NCBI RefSeq assembly: GCF_020745735.1
Contig: NC_083444.1
Coordinates: forward strand, 7,632,338-7,696,337
DNA: 64,000 nt
Origin: Hemiscyllium ocellatum
Lineage: Eukaryota
Reading direction: 5' to 3'
Shown: one piece after another, positions 21,406 to 34,831 of the stretch
Position numbering within the stretch: the first letter of the stretch is position 1
How the letters are laid out: each line of letters opens with the position of its first letter
The notes under the pieces: generated by a model
Told to the model about the DNA's origin: nothing
What the model saw: the letters and a program-made list of their open reading frames with translations, nothing else
The model's database searches: none
Position numbers and translations under genes: made by a program

Positions 21406-21934
21406 CATGGGTGGGGAACCTGCAGCCTTAAGGCCATTGTGCGTGGTCTTTTGAATGAATCCAAATTTTGCAGAACAAATCTTTTATTTTTATTAATATG
21501 TTTTTTTTGTCCTTTATTACTTTTATTTTAATCTTAAAATGAATGTATTTAAAGACACCAGAGAGTAAAAGAAAATTCAACGAAATAATCCTCACAGACT
21601 GACCACCACAATTAAAACATAAGGGCTAATTCGACACCTGCTACGCTCATAATTTAGTTATAATGCGACTCTAGAATGTACGTTATCTTCCCCGCCTGAC
21701 TGGTGCCACTACTGCCCGAGGCGGGTTGGCGAGAGGCTGTGGGTATCCAGTACGCCAGTGTTTATCACCTTATGACAACAATGCATGTGGCTTTCCATTT
21801 GAAGTGAAATTTGAGAATGGTTACACAGTCTAATTGTATTAACATTTATATAATTGAAATTTCTTGGATGCGGCCTTATTAGGTTACAACTAACATAATG
21901 CGGCCTTTCAACAGGAAAAGGTCCCCCACCTCTG
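21406..21934. mobile_element. hAT (Charlie-like) non-autonomous DNA transposon, about 530 bp
   Basis: TIRs catgggtggggaacct (21406) and aggtcccccacctctg (ending 21934), AT-rich interior and subterminal gcggcc motifs. No clean 8-bp TSD. Confidence 0.65.
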
Positions 21935-22839
21935 ACCTAGACTCTCCCCTTAAGAGGGAATCATCCTCTCAGATCTCTCCCTTAAGAATCTGATTGGATC
22001 CCCTTCTCAGCCTTCTCAATTCCAGAGTGTAGGGTCCTGACCTGTTTAACCTTTGCTTGTAAGGCGATCCCTCCATCCCGGGAATCATCCTCACGGATCC
22101 CACATTCCCTCCCCGCTTCTTCCCTCACTTCAAAACGATTTCGAAAGGAAGCCCTGCATTGACGTAGCAACCCTTATGAACGTCGGAGAGCTCCCCCAGT
22201 GAAGATCCTTTCAGAGTGTAACGTCCTGTCGGAAATTTGCACATCGTCAGGGGATCTGACCAACAGCAATGTTGAGTTTTTGTTTTATTTTGATGTCAGC
22301 GAGGGGTACATACTCTCAAAAGGTTAGGGAGGGGTTCCATGGCTCTTCCTAAAGTCCGCAGCCACAAAGATATTTTGTGTCAACCGAAGCAAAATTGGTT
22401 TCTGCACTCAGCTGGAAGGTGACAGATTCCAACTCCTCAACTAAGCGCCAACCTTGATATGGCCAGAGATGCAGTTGCAGTGTGTGGCATTGTCCTCAGG
22501 GTGAGCAGACTGACAGGAGCGAGGTAGGTGAGCTACTGCTGTAGAGTTAGGCTCAGGCCTAGCTGCCCATCAACCAGCGCCAATCATTGGGGATAGCGTC
22601 TTGTGTCCCCTCCTCTCCTCACCTCCTTCCCCACTCGCCAGGGGGACAGTCTCTAGAGTCATCCTCTTGCTCTTTCATTCCTGCATTTCCCATCCTGCAA
22701 TTGGAGAGAGTGCATTCCGAGCAAGGAAGGAGAACTTGCATTTACGTAGCACCTCACCCAACCGCCAGACACCTCAAAGTCACCTTGCGGAACTGTAGTC
22801 ATGCGGCAGTCAATTTGCTTGCGGCAAGATCCCACAGAA

Positions 22840-23720
22840 GCATTGAGCCATAGAAGGTGTACAGCACAGAAAGAGGCCATTCGGCCCTACTAGTCTAAGT
22901 CAACCTGGTTTCCTGAACTGAACTAGTCCCGTTTGCCTGCAAATGGCCCATATCCCTTTTCTATCCATGCACCTGTCCAATCTCTTTGAAATGTTGTAAC
23001 CACTTCCTCTGGCAGCTCATTCCATGCACGCACCACCCTCTGTGTGAAGAAGTTGCCCCTCGGGTCCCTTTTTAAATCTTTCCCCTCTCACCTTAAACCT
23101 ATTGCCTCTAATTTTGGACTATCTACGCCTCTCATGATTTCATGAATGTCTGTAAGGACACCCCTCAGCCTCCGAACCTCCAGCGAGAGTAGCCCCAGCC
23201 TATTCAGCTTTTCCTTATAACTCAAATGTTCCAGACCCGATAACATCCTTGCAAATCGTTTCTCATTTAATAACATCCTTCCTCTGGGAGGGTGACCAGA
23301 ATTCTAAGCAGTACTCCAAATGTGGCCTTACCAACATCCTGTACAGCTGCAACATGATGTCCTAATTCCTATATTCAGTGCTCCAACCAATAAAAGCAAG
23401 CATGCCAAATGCCTTCTTCACCACCCTGTCGACTTGGGATGTCACTTTCAAGGAATTATGTACCTGCACCCCTTGGTTGCTCTATTGGACCACACTGCCC
23501 AGGGTCCTATCATTAACTGTGTAAGTCCTACCCTGGTTTACCTCACCAAAATTCAACATCTCATATTTATCCAAATTAAATTCCATCTGTCACTCCTTGG
23601 CACACAGGCCCAATTGATCAAGGATTTTGTACTCTTGAGATAATCTTATTCACCGTCCACACCGCCATTAATTTTGGTGCCATCTGCAAAACTACTAACC
23701 ACGCCTCCTATACCCTCACC
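22840..23720 (-). mobile_element. CR1 3' fragment (RT C-terminus to tail)
   Basis: Minus ORF 23088-23276 reads FARMLSGLEHLSYKEKLNRLGLLSLEVRRLRG. Confidence 0.85.
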
Positions 23721-24049
23721 TAAATCGTTCATATAACTGATGACATGGTGGCTCAGTGGTTAGCACTGCTGCCTCACAGCACCAGGGACCCAGGTTTGAT
23801 TCCAGCCTCAGGTGACTGTCTGTGTGGAGTTTGCACATATACCCCGTGTCTGCGTGGGTTTCCTCCAGGTGCTCCGGTTTCCTCCCACCCTCCAAAGATG
23901 TGCAGGTCGGGTGAACTGGCCATGCTAAATTGCCCATAATGTTAGATGCATTAGTCGGGGGGAAATGGGACTGGGTGGGTTACTCTTCGGAGGGTCGGTG
24001 TGGACTTGTTGGGCTGAAGGGCCTGTTTCCACACTGTAGACAATCTAAT

Positions 24050-24648
24050 CTGGAAGTGTTACTGAGACTTTATAAAGCTCTGGTTAGGCCCCATTTGGAG
24101 TACTGTGTCCAGTTTTGGTCCCCACATCTCAGGAAGGATATACTGGCACTGGAACGTGTCCAGCGGAGATTCACACGGATGATCCCTGGAATGGTTGGTC
24201 TAACATATGAGGAACGGCTGAGGATCCTGGGATTGTATTCATTGGAGTTTAGAAGATTAAGGGGAGACTTAATAGAAATGTACAAGATAATACATGGCTT
24301 GGAAAGGGTAGACGCTAGGAAATTTTTTCCATTAGGCGAGGAGACTAGGACCCGTGGACACAGCCTTAAAATTAGAGGGGGTCAATTCAGAACAGAAATG
24401 CGGAGACATTTCTTCAGCCAGAGAGTGGTGGGCCTGTGGAATTCATTGCCGCAGAGTGCAGTGGAGGCCAGGACGCTAAATGTCTTCAAGGCAGAGATTG
24501 ATAGATTCTTGATGTCACAAAGAATTAAGGACTACGGGGAGAATGCTGGTAAGTGGAGTTGAAATGCCCATCAGCCATGATTGAATGGCGGAGTGGACTC
24601 GATGGGCCGAATGGCCTTACTTCCACTCCTATGTCTTATGGTCTTATG
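24050..24648 (+). mobile_element. Well-preserved (young) CR1 3' end with an intact ORF2 C-terminal frame
   Basis: About 165 uninterrupted codons, EVLLRLYKALVRPHLEYCVQFWSP...RGHSLKI...FFSQRVVGLWNSLP...GKWS*, then a 3' UTR and a (tcttatgg) tail. Confidence 0.92.
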
Positions 24649-24804
24649 GAATAGACTTGGCCACTGATCCGTATGGCACACTGCTGAACACAGGCCTCCA
24701 GAATAACCTTTCACCACCACCCTCTCTCCCCTACAGTCAAGCCAATTCTGCATCCAAAGCAGTGTGATAGTGTCCAGGTCAGCTATACTTGGGATGATAA
24801 TTGA

Positions 24805-25745
24805 GGGTTGAAAATGTGTTGCTGGAAAAGCGCAGCAGGTCAGGCAGCATCCAAGGAGCAGGAGATGCGACGTTTCAGGCATGAGCCATTCTTCAGGAAT
24901 GAGGAAAGTGTGTCCAGCAGGCTAAGATAAAAGGTAGGGAGGAGGGACTTGGGGGAGGGGCGATGGAAATGCGATAGGTGGAAGGAGGTTAAGGTGAGGG
25001 TGATAGGCCGGAGTGGGGGTGGGGCGGAGAGGTCAGGAAGAAGATTGCAGGCTAGGAAGGTGGTGCTGAGTTCGAGGGTTGGGACTGAGACAAGGTGGGG
25101 GGAGGGGAAATAAGGAAACTGAAGAAATCTATGTTCATCCCTTGGGGTTGGAAGGTTCCTAGGCGGAAGATGAGGTACTCTTCCTCCAGCCATTGTGTTG
25201 CTATGGTCTGGTGATGGAGGAGTCCAAGGACCTGCATGTCCTTGGTGGAGTGGGAGGGGGAGTTGAAGTGTTGAGCCATGGGGTGGTTGGGTTGGTTGGT
25301 CCGGGTGTCCCAGAGGTGTTCTCTGAAACGTCCCGCAAGTAGGCGGCCTGTCTCCCCAATATAGAGGAGGCCACATCGGGTGCAGCGGATGCAGTAAATG
25401 ATGTGTGTGGAGGTGCAGGTGAATTTGTGGTGGATATGAAAGGATCCCTTGGGTCCTTGGAGGGAAGTAAGGGGGTAGGTGTGGGCGCAAGTTTTGTATT
25501 TCTTGCAGTTGCAGGGGAAGGTGCCGGGAGTGGAGGTTGGGTTGGTGGGGGGTGTGGACCTGACGAGGGAGTCACGGAGGGAATGGTCTTTTTGGAACGC
25601 TGATAGGGGAGGGGAGGGAAATATATCCCTGGTGGTGGGGTCCGTTTGGAGGTGGTGGAAATGACAACGGATGATACGATGTATATGGAGGTTGGTGGGG
25701 TGGTAGGTGAGGACCAGTGGGGTTCTGTGCTGGTGGCGATTGAAG
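24805..25745 (-). mobile_element. Penelope-like element 3' portion (GIY-YIG endonuclease and terminal repeat)
   Basis: Minus strand reads IYCIRCTRCGLLYIGETGR...RFREH...HPMAQHFNSPSHS...LIFRLGTFQPQGMNIDF. Confidence 0.85.
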
Positions 25746-28700
25746 GGGTAAACGAGGGGTAAATATTGACCCTAGATATCGGGGGAGGGAGAACTCCCCC
25801 ACTGTTCTTCATTGAAGTATTGCCTTGGATCAGGAAACTGGGACCTCAGTTCAATACCTCTTTGAAAGATGGTTCTCCTAACATCATTCCCACACACACC
25901 AGGATATCCCTGGAGATTTGTGGTTCTCAGGATCTCGAGTGGGATTTGAACCTGGAAACCTAACAGTGAGGGTGCGGTTAGTATATATTTTTGCAACTAA
26001 GAATCAAGAAGTTATAAGGTTGGGATGTCATATTGAGGTCCTACAGGATGCAGTGAGGCCTGAGACAATCGCAGAATCCCTACAGTGGGGCAATAGCCCT
26101 ATGACCCAACAAGTCCATACCAATCCTTCAAAGAGTACCCATCAGACCCATTCCTCTACCCTATCATCCTACATTTACCCCTGACTAATGCACCTAACCC
26201 ACATATCCCTGAACTCATGCTAAATTGCATGACATATCTTTGAATTGTGGGAGGAGAGACACAGGTAAACTCCACACAGGCAGTCACCCGAGCCTGGAAT
26301 TGAACCCGGATCCCTGGCGCTGTGAGGCAGCAGTGCTAACCGCTGAGCCACCATGCTGCAGTACCATGCCTAGTTCTGGTCACACAGTTATAGGAAGGAT
26401 ATTATTAAGCTGGAGAGGGTTCAGAAAGGATGTTGCCAGGAATGGAGGGTTTAAGTTAGAAGGAGAAACTGGATAGACCAGAACTATTTCACTGGAGTGT
26501 TAAGGAATTACCTTATAGAGATTCATAAAATCATGAAATTTATAGAAAAGGTTAATGGCGTGTGTCTTTTCCCTGGGGTAGGGGGATTTCAAGGCTATTT
26601 TTAAGGTGAGAGCAGAAAGATTTCGAACATGCTGACCAAGTTCCCCAAACTAAACTAATTCCATTTGCCAGTATTTGGTCCATATCCCTCTAAACCCTTC
26701 CTATTCATACACCCATCCAGATGCCTTTTAACTGTGATTGTAGCAGCCTCCACCACTTCCTCTGGCAGCTCATTCCATACACACACCACCCTCTGTGTGA
26801 AAAAGTTGCCCCTTAGGTCCCTTTTAAATCTTTCCCCTCTCACTTTAAACTTATGCCCTCTAGCTTTGGACTCCCACTCCCCAGTGAAAAGACGTTGTCT
26901 ATTCACCTTATAAACCTCTAAAAGGTCACCCCTCAACCTCCTATGCTTTAGTGAAAAAAGTCCCAGCCTGTCCGCACAACTCAAAGCCTCAAGTTCTGGA
27001 AACACCCTTGGGTGACTGTCTGCGTGGAGTTTGCACATTCTCCCTGTGTCTGCGTGGGTTTCCTCCCACAGTCCAAAGGTGTGCAGGTCAGGTGAATTGG
27101 CCAAGCTAAATTGCCCACAGTGTGAGGTGCATTAGTCAGAGGGAAATGGGTCTGGGTGGGTTATTCTTCAGAGGGTCGGTGTGGACTTGTAGGGCCGAAG
27201 GGCCTGTTTCCACACTGTAGGAAATCTAATCTAACCTAACCTAACCTAATCTAATCCAAATCTTTTCTGGACCCTCTTCAGTTTAATAATATCCTTCCTG
27301 TAATAGGACAATCAGAACAGTGTCTTATCACTGTTGATGATGCCTCCATTACTTGACTGACAATCGAGAGCACACTGATGGGATGGTAATTGACCAGGTT
27401 GGATTTGTCCTGCTGACTATGTACAGAATGCACCTGGGACTTTACCTGGGTCTCTCTGACTTAATCATCTAGTGACGAAGCAATGGCATCCCAAAACCTT
27501 GTAACTGATTCCCTTTCTCTTCTGTTAGACGTTTGAATTAAAAGCGAAATACTGAGGGGTATCAGAAAGTTAAGACAGATATTGTTGGAGAAACAGCAGA
27601 GAGAGAAAAACACAGTTAACATCTCGAGTCTGGTAAGACTCCTATGTTTTTTGGATCACTTTTTGTGACAGTTTAATGATCATTAGGCCTGAAAACTCAA
27701 TTCTCTTCAAATGTACGTTGAATTAAGTTTTCAGGAAGCATCCCAATCTGTCCTCTTGAATGAGATCAGTTGCTACAGTCAAGTCCCATTCACTACAGTT
27801 TTGCTGATTCACTGAATCATTAAGAGCTCTTTAGAATTTTTACACTCTCCTTCCAATCTCCATTCAGCTGTCAAACTGAACACAAAACAGCCTCTTAGTT
27901 CCTTTATAAAGCAGCACCTCCAACAGTCTATTGACAACTCTCTCTTATATACCAGAGGGCGTATGTCAGGTCTGCTGATTTATCAGTTTGGGAATATTTT
28001 CACAGAAACAGTTGCGTCCTTCCTTGAACAATTCGTTCTGACTGAGCTGTCCTTGAATCGTTGAAGACAGAGGCTCAGTCAACTCTTATCTTTCTGACGT
28101 TGCAGTTCGGACACAGTTGCAGGGAGAGACCGGCGTCGAATTGGAGTAGACATTCCGACACAGAAGCGCCCTTGATGGAATTCAAAGAATTGAATGCAAC
28201 GGCCCAATCAAGTTCACCAGAGCGGGTAGTATAGGTGTTTGTCAGATCGCCAGCCCAGTTTGGCCAAACCTTAACTTAATTTGGTGTGTAAGAGTTGTTC
28301 CTTTCACCAGCAAGAGCTAAGTTTGACGAGGCGGTCCTAGTGTTGTCTCTTGGTGACAGGGTTAAGTTTGCGCCCAGTAGTTAGGGACTTTTCCCAGGGT
28401 TGAAGTTTCAATTATAAAGGGACACACAGGTTCAAGGTGAGAGCGGGAGAGTTTAAGGGAGATGTGCGAGGGTCATTTTTCAACGCAGAGAGCGGTAGGA
28501 GCCCGGAACGTATTGCCAGAGGAGAGTGGTGGGCGCAGGAACGTTGGCAACATTGAAGAGGCATCTGGATGGTTACATGTAGAGTGAGGGATTAGAGGGA
28601 TACAGACCATATTAGAGGGTGGGTTGCGCTTCGGCGGGTCGGTATGGACTTGTTGGGCCGAAGGGCCTGTTTCCACACTGTAAGCAATCTAATCTAATCT

Positions 28701-29699
28701 AATGTAAGTAATCTAATCAGACCAAACGTGGACAGAAGGTTTTTCTAGTTAGACCACAATCATTGACACTGGCTCAGAAGACCAAAGGACCTGTTCCTGT
28801 GTTGTACTCTGTTTCATTGTTTCTGAGACCAGGCGACATTGGCAGAGGCCTGAGTTGGCGAGGTGGGCATGAAGCAGACTCAGGGTGGGTGGCGGAGTTG
28901 GGTTTGGTTCAGTTCGGTACCCGGCAGCATTTGGGGGGGTGGGTTCAAAGTGGCGAGGGCGTCGGGTGGGGCAGGTTGGCGGCGAAGACTGGTGAATTTT
29001 GCCACGATGGGCACCCGTTACCTGGTAACCAGGCCCCTGATGGGGGTCTTAACCCAGAAGGACTGTAAAGTCAGACACTTTATTTCTTTATTCTTTTGCC
29101 TTTTTATACCCTATGTTTCAGTTTTATTTTTCTGTGTTTTAAGATGACGCTGAAGTGTGGCGATGCTATACAACACTTTTCACCTTATCTTACATGTGTT
29201 AATAAAGAAATCAAACAAACATTCAGGGATCCTGGTCAATGATCTGGGGGCAATTGTCGAATCTTGGTAAGACTGTGCTTGGAATATTTTGTGCAAAATT
29301 TGCCTTCTTTGTTTATTAAACATGTACTTGCCGCTCAGAAGACACAACAGTTATGCAGAAGGCTCCCAGAATCCTGACGTTGTGGAAGCAGGCCATTCAG
29401 CCCATCGAGTCCACACTGACCCTCTGAAGAGCTGCCCACCTCCTGTAACCCCTGCATTTCCGGCGGCTAATCCACCTCGCCTGCACACTGCAGGGCCAAC
29501 TTAGCAAGGCCCAGCCCACCCTAACCTGTTCATCAGCAGACTGTGGGAGGAAACTGGAGCGCCCAAAGGAATCCCACACAGACACTGGGAGAATGTGCAA
29601 ACTCCATGCAGACGGTCGTCCGAGGCTGGAATTGAATCCAGGTCCCTGGTGCTATGAGGCAGCAATGCTAACCACTGAGCCACACTCAGGGCCAGAGTA

Positions 29700-30670
29700 G
29701 GCTAATCATGGCCTTGGGCCTGCTCCTTTTCAAAACATTATTCACACATGGGATCATGAGCGTTGCTGGCTGGGCCCAGCATTTAATGTCCATCCCTGGT
29801 TGTCCCCTTGGGAAAGTGGGGTGAGCTGCCTTCTGGAGCCACTGCAGTCCATGTAGCAGGGACCCCCACACAGAGTCATTAGGGAGGGAGTTAGGGACAC
29901 TGAAGGAACAACCAATATATTTCCAAGTCAGGATGGTGAGGGGCTCGGAGCGGAACATGCAGGGAGGTGGCGTTCCCATATATTTGCTGCCCTTGTCCTT
30001 CTTGATGGAAGTGGTCATGGGTTTGGAAGGTGCTGTCTAAGGATCTTTGGTGATTTGCTGCAGTGCATCCTGTAGATGGTACACACTGTTGCTACTGAGT
30101 GTCGGTGGTGAAGGGAGTGGATGTTTGCGGATGTGGTGCCAATTAGGCAGAGGCTGCTTTGTCCCTGGATGATGTTGAGCTTCTTGAGTGCTGTTGGTGC
30201 TGCCCCCATCCAGGAGTATTCCCTCACACTCCTGACTTGTGCTTGTAGATGATGGGCAGACCTTGTTGAGTCAGGAGGTGCAGTGTTCCCACCCTCTGAC
30301 CTATTCTTGCAGTCACAGTGTTTGTATGGTGAGTCCATTGGAGTTTCTGGTCAATGGTAACACCTAGAATGTTGATAGAGAGGAAATTCAGTAATGGTAA
30401 TGTCATTGAAGGGACAGTGGTTAGATTGTCTCTTATTGGTGAATGTCATAGCCTGGCATTTGTGTGGCGTGAATGTTACTCGCCACTTGTCTGCCAAGCC
30501 TGGATATTGTCCAGATCTTGATGCATTTGGGCACGGACTGCTTCAGTATCTAAGGAGTGGCGAATAGTGCTGAACATTGTGCAATCATTGGCGAACATCC
30601 CCACTTCTGAGCTTATTGTGGAGGGAAGGGCATTGATGAAACAGCAGAAGATGGTTGGGCCTATCATTCA
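29700..30670 (-). mobile_element. L2/CR1-like LINE fragment with degenerate RT
   Basis: Minus ORFs read GPTIFCCFINALPS...GMFANDCTMF (decayed YADD motif) and ILGVTIDQKLQWTHH. Confidence 0.8.
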
Positions 30671-30823
30671 GCAAGAGTTTGGCTTCCCCATTGGAGGGCT
30701 GTCTATGTGGAGTGTGTTGTATGCAGTGCTCCCATATAACCACAAATTGCAGTGCTTCACAGACTCCAAGCCCAACTCCTTACTGGCCGCTGTGGACCGT
30801 GTGTTTGCTGATTTTGAGTGATT

Positions 30824-31547
30824 TGTTATGGACTAGGCCTCACCACTCAGAACATTCTTAAGCAGGCAGCCCAGACCATAACGTTGCAATTTGATTCGGT
30901 AAATGTACAGTGAAAATTAACAGGAGTAAGTTAGCTAGGCTGACTATCAGGTTTGAAAACAGACAAAAATTTATTCACAAGATTACACAATGAGACACAA
31001 AATAAAGAACCTCTACAGAACTCAGCCTATCCAAACTAGACTTAATTATGCTGTTCCGAATATACACAATAGTCCTAATAAGCAAACCCTCTTGAAACAC
31101 AGTTAAACAAATTGAACAGATGCTTACAGGTTGAAGTTAGAAGGGCAGAGAGAGAGAGAGAGATTTTGTTTCCATACAGCTCACTTTTGAACCCCCAATT
31201 AGTTCTGAACTGAAAGGCTTTTGCCTGAAACGTTGATTTTCCTGCTCCTCAGATGCTGCCTGACCTGCTGTGCTTTTCCAGCACCACACTCTCAACTCAC
31301 TGCTCAGCTCGAGAGCTAACCACTCCCCTTTCATTATACAGGTCACTTCTAAAACATGACCACTTTGGCCTGAAGTCTCATCTGTTTCCATATAAACAAA
31401 AAGGCCTCTCAATACCCTTTAATCTCTGTAACAGCCCAGACTGATTGGAACCAAGAGCGGTTTATTACCCCTCTGAAGAAAAACCAAGGATGTAGCATCC
31501 TTGAGAAAAGGAAGAGCCTTTATAAAGAAGGAACCAGCTTCATGACA
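30824..31547. mobile_element. Probable solo LTR (TG...CA) containing a short Penelope-end insert (about 31215-31295)
   Basis: Starts tgttatggac and ends catgaca. Flanks are gatt and gata (near 4-bp TSD); no internal coding sequence. Confidence 0.6.
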
Positions 31548-32239
31548 GATACCACCCCTTCTTTTCAGTTATTTTTTAAAAAATCTTCTGTTGTGTTTTG
31601 TTGCAATCCAGCCCTATGCTCTTGACCTTTGGTGTGGAGTGGGATGGGTGTGGACTGATCGGAGGACATCCATGTGGATCTGCTCCTGGATCTGGCCAGT
31701 CTGGTTGTCCACTGGTCCAGACTACCTGACCCTCTTCCATGGTTAGGTCCAAGCTCAGTTGTCCTTGGAGAGGGAGCACACAGTGTCCATTAACCCTCTC
31801 AGCGTCTTTAGAGAGGTGGGCACCACAGGGAAAACAGAGCTTTATTTCCCCCCTCCAACTCCAAACTGATTTAACCCCTTCCCTCCCTGCCTGCCTTCCC
31901 CTCACTCTTGATGGTCTGCATTGTCTGTAACTGCATGTAAATATCTGATTGACTACACGGTGTGTTCTACTGGAGGTGATACGTGTTTAAAAAGGAATTT
32001 TTATTTGAAAGGTCACGGTGATTTTGGTGGTAGGAGACTCATTCAGTTGCATCTTCCCTACCCTCCTCCATCGCCGATTAACCTTTCCCACCCCCCAACC
32101 CCATTGCTTGTCGTAAATCTCTCCAAGTTGGCTTCGAAAATATCAAGGACTCTACCACCAATGCTGCTTCAGGAAGAAACAACTTGCAAAGTGAGGCTCT
32201 ACCTAATGGCACTATCGTTTGACTACGAATAAACAATGT

Positions 32240-33000
32240 TCTGGAGACCCAAGGTCTGGTTGGTGGCAGTTCAGGAAAGGGTGAAGTGCAACGAGACCTG
32301 GGAGTCATGGTAGAGCAATCGGCTGGTATGCAGGGACAGCAGTCAGTGAGGAAAGCTATTGGTGTGCTCTCCTACACAGTGAGAGGATTTGAGTTTAGGA
32401 GTGAGGATGCCTTGCTGCAGTTATACAGGGCCTTGGTGAGGCCACACCTGAAGTATTGATACCAGTTTTGGTCTCGTAGTCTGAGGGAGAACATTCTTGC
32501 TATTGAGGGAGTCCCACAAAGGTTCTCCAGATTGATTCCCGGGATGGCAGGACTGATGTATGAGGAAAGACTGGATCGACTGGGCTTGTACTCACTGGAA
32601 TTTAGAAGGATGAGGGGAGGATCTCATCGAAAGATATAAACTCCTGATGCAGACTAGATGCAGGAAGAATGTTCCTGATGTTGGGGAAGTCCAGAACTTG
32701 GGGTCATGGTCTAAGAATAAGGGATTAAGCCATTCAGGACTGAGATGAGGAAGAATTTCTTCACTCGGAGAGTTGGGAACCTGTGGAATTCTCTCCCACA
32801 GGACGCTGTTGGGGCTAGTTCTTTCTATATATTCAAGAGGGAGCTGGAAGTAGCTCTTGCAGCTAAAGGGATCAAAAGGTAATGGAGAGAGGGTGGGAAT
32901 GGGATATTGAGATTGCATGATCAGTTGTGATCATATTGAATGGTAGGGGCAGGGTCAAAGGGCCGAATGGCCTACACATGCAACTATTTTCTGTGTTTCT
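32240..33000 (+). mobile_element. CR1 3' fragment
   Basis: gcagttatacagggccttggtgaggccacacctg...agagttgggaacctgtggaattctctccc CR1 motifs and tail. Confidence 0.85.
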
Positions 33001-33319
33001 ATAAATCCTGTAGGTGGTGGAATTTGAATTCATCAAATGCTACAGTACACAAGGTGTCTATTCAGCCCATTATGTCTGTACTGGCTCCCGAAAGAGTTAT
33101 CCAGCTGGTCCCATTCTCCAGCCCAACCTCCATCGCCCTCTAACTCCATCACTTTCAATTATATAGCTTTTGAAACTTCCTGTGGAATCCCCCTTCATCT
33201 ATCTCCCAGGTAACACAAGCCAACTCCTAACAACTTTCTGAGTGAAGAACGTTTCTCCTCATCTCAGTCCTAGCTCTCTTGAAATTGTGACCCCCCCTCC
33301 CTGCTAGTTACTGGCATAC

Positions 33320-34831
33320 CCATCCTAACAGTCACTGCATCAGAGGTCAGATCAGTTTTCCTTCATGTGAATCCAAGAGAAGTGATGGGACCAGACGGAG
33401 TACCAGGCCATGCAATCAGAGTATGCGCAGATCAACTGGCAGAGGTCTTCTCGGACATCTTCAAACTCTCCCTGCAGCAAGCCACTGTCCCTGCCTGTTT
33501 CAGAAGAGCCAACATCATCCCTGTGCCTAGGAAGGTTCATGCAGCATGTCTCAATGATTACTGACCAGCAGCCCTAACCTCGGTGGTCATGAAGTGCTTG
33601 GAAAGGCTGGTCATGGCATTAACCAACTCCAGCATCCCCAACTCCAATCTGTCTATCGGACCAACAGATCCATGTCAGATGCCCTTCACTCCTCCCTAGA
33701 ACATCTTGACACCAAAAATAGCTACTTAAGAATCCTACTCATTGACACCATTCAGCCTTCAAGACTATTATCCCCTCGAGACTGATGACTAAACTTAGTG
33801 ATCCTGGACTATGCCCCACTCTCTGCAACTGGATCCTCAGTTTCCTGACCCACAGGCCACCATCAGTGAAGATTAGAGACAATATTTCATCCTTACTAAC
33901 ACTCAACACTGGAGTCCTCCCCACGCCCCCCCCTCACCCCCCCCCCCGCAGGGGTATGTACTCAGCCCCCTACTGTACTCACTGTACACCCATGACTGCG
34001 TCGCCAAATACCAGACTAATGCCATTTACAAGTTCGCTGATGACACCACCAGAGTTGTTCGAATCTCAGATGGTGATGAAACAGACTGCAGACCTGGAAA
34101 AATGCTGCACTGAGAACAACCGAGCTCTCAATGCCGGCAAAACCAAGGAACTCGTTATTGACTTTCAGCGGGATGTTACTCACACCACCTACACATTAAC
34201 AGCACAGAGATGGAACGAGTGGAGAGTGTCAAGCTCCAGGGAGCGGTCATCCACAACAAGCTTTCTTGGACTCTTCATGTGGATGCACTGGTTACAAAGG
34301 CCCAACAACATCTCCTCTTTCTCAGGCAGCTGAGGAAATTTGGCACGAAGGCCAATACCCTTGCCAACCTTTATAGGTGCGCCATCGAGAGCATTCTGTC
34401 TGGGTGTATCACTACCTGGGATGGCCACTGTACCATTCAAGATCGCAGACGGTTACAGAGAGCAGTGAACTCGGCCAAAGGCCAACCTCCCATCTATCGA
34501 ATCCATCTTCCAGGCCCCGCTGTCAAGGAAAGGCCACCAGCATTCTCAAAGATCCATCCCACCCTGGCAATGTTTTTCTACAACCTCTACCATCGGGGAG
34601 AAAGTACAGAAACCTGAACATATGCACTAGCCGGTTTCGAAACGGTTTCTACCCTACTGTTGTTAGAATACTGAATGGACTCACAAACTCTTAACATTCG
34701 CCTGTACCTGTGTTTTTGTTTTTCCCGCTGTTTATCTATTATTTACTTATCTATGTTACTTAACTCTGTGTTACTCACAAGACAGAGCCTTTCACTGTGC
34801 CTCAGTATTCGTGACAATAAATTCAATTCAA
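33320..34831 (+). mobile_element. Rex1/Babar LINE, 5'-truncated, with frameshifted RT
   Basis: GPDGVPGHAIRVCADQLAEVFSDIFKLSLQQATVPACF...IIPVP...CLNDY*P.ALTSVVMKCLERLV; later [14 protein letters not shown] and [16 protein letters not shown]; ends in an aataaa-(ttcaa) tail. Confidence 0.88.

Noticed and set aside
23930-24562. 210-aa ORF as a host gene
   Set aside because: SINE tail fused in frame to the CR1 ORF2 C-terminus; retrotransposon-derived and 5'-truncated.
27963-28064. ETVASFLEQFVLTELSLNR*, resembling the D helix of a short-chain cytokine
   Set aside because: Short amphipathic match only. The acceptor is phase 1, whereas these cytokines use phase-0 introns, and no other cytokine exons were found.
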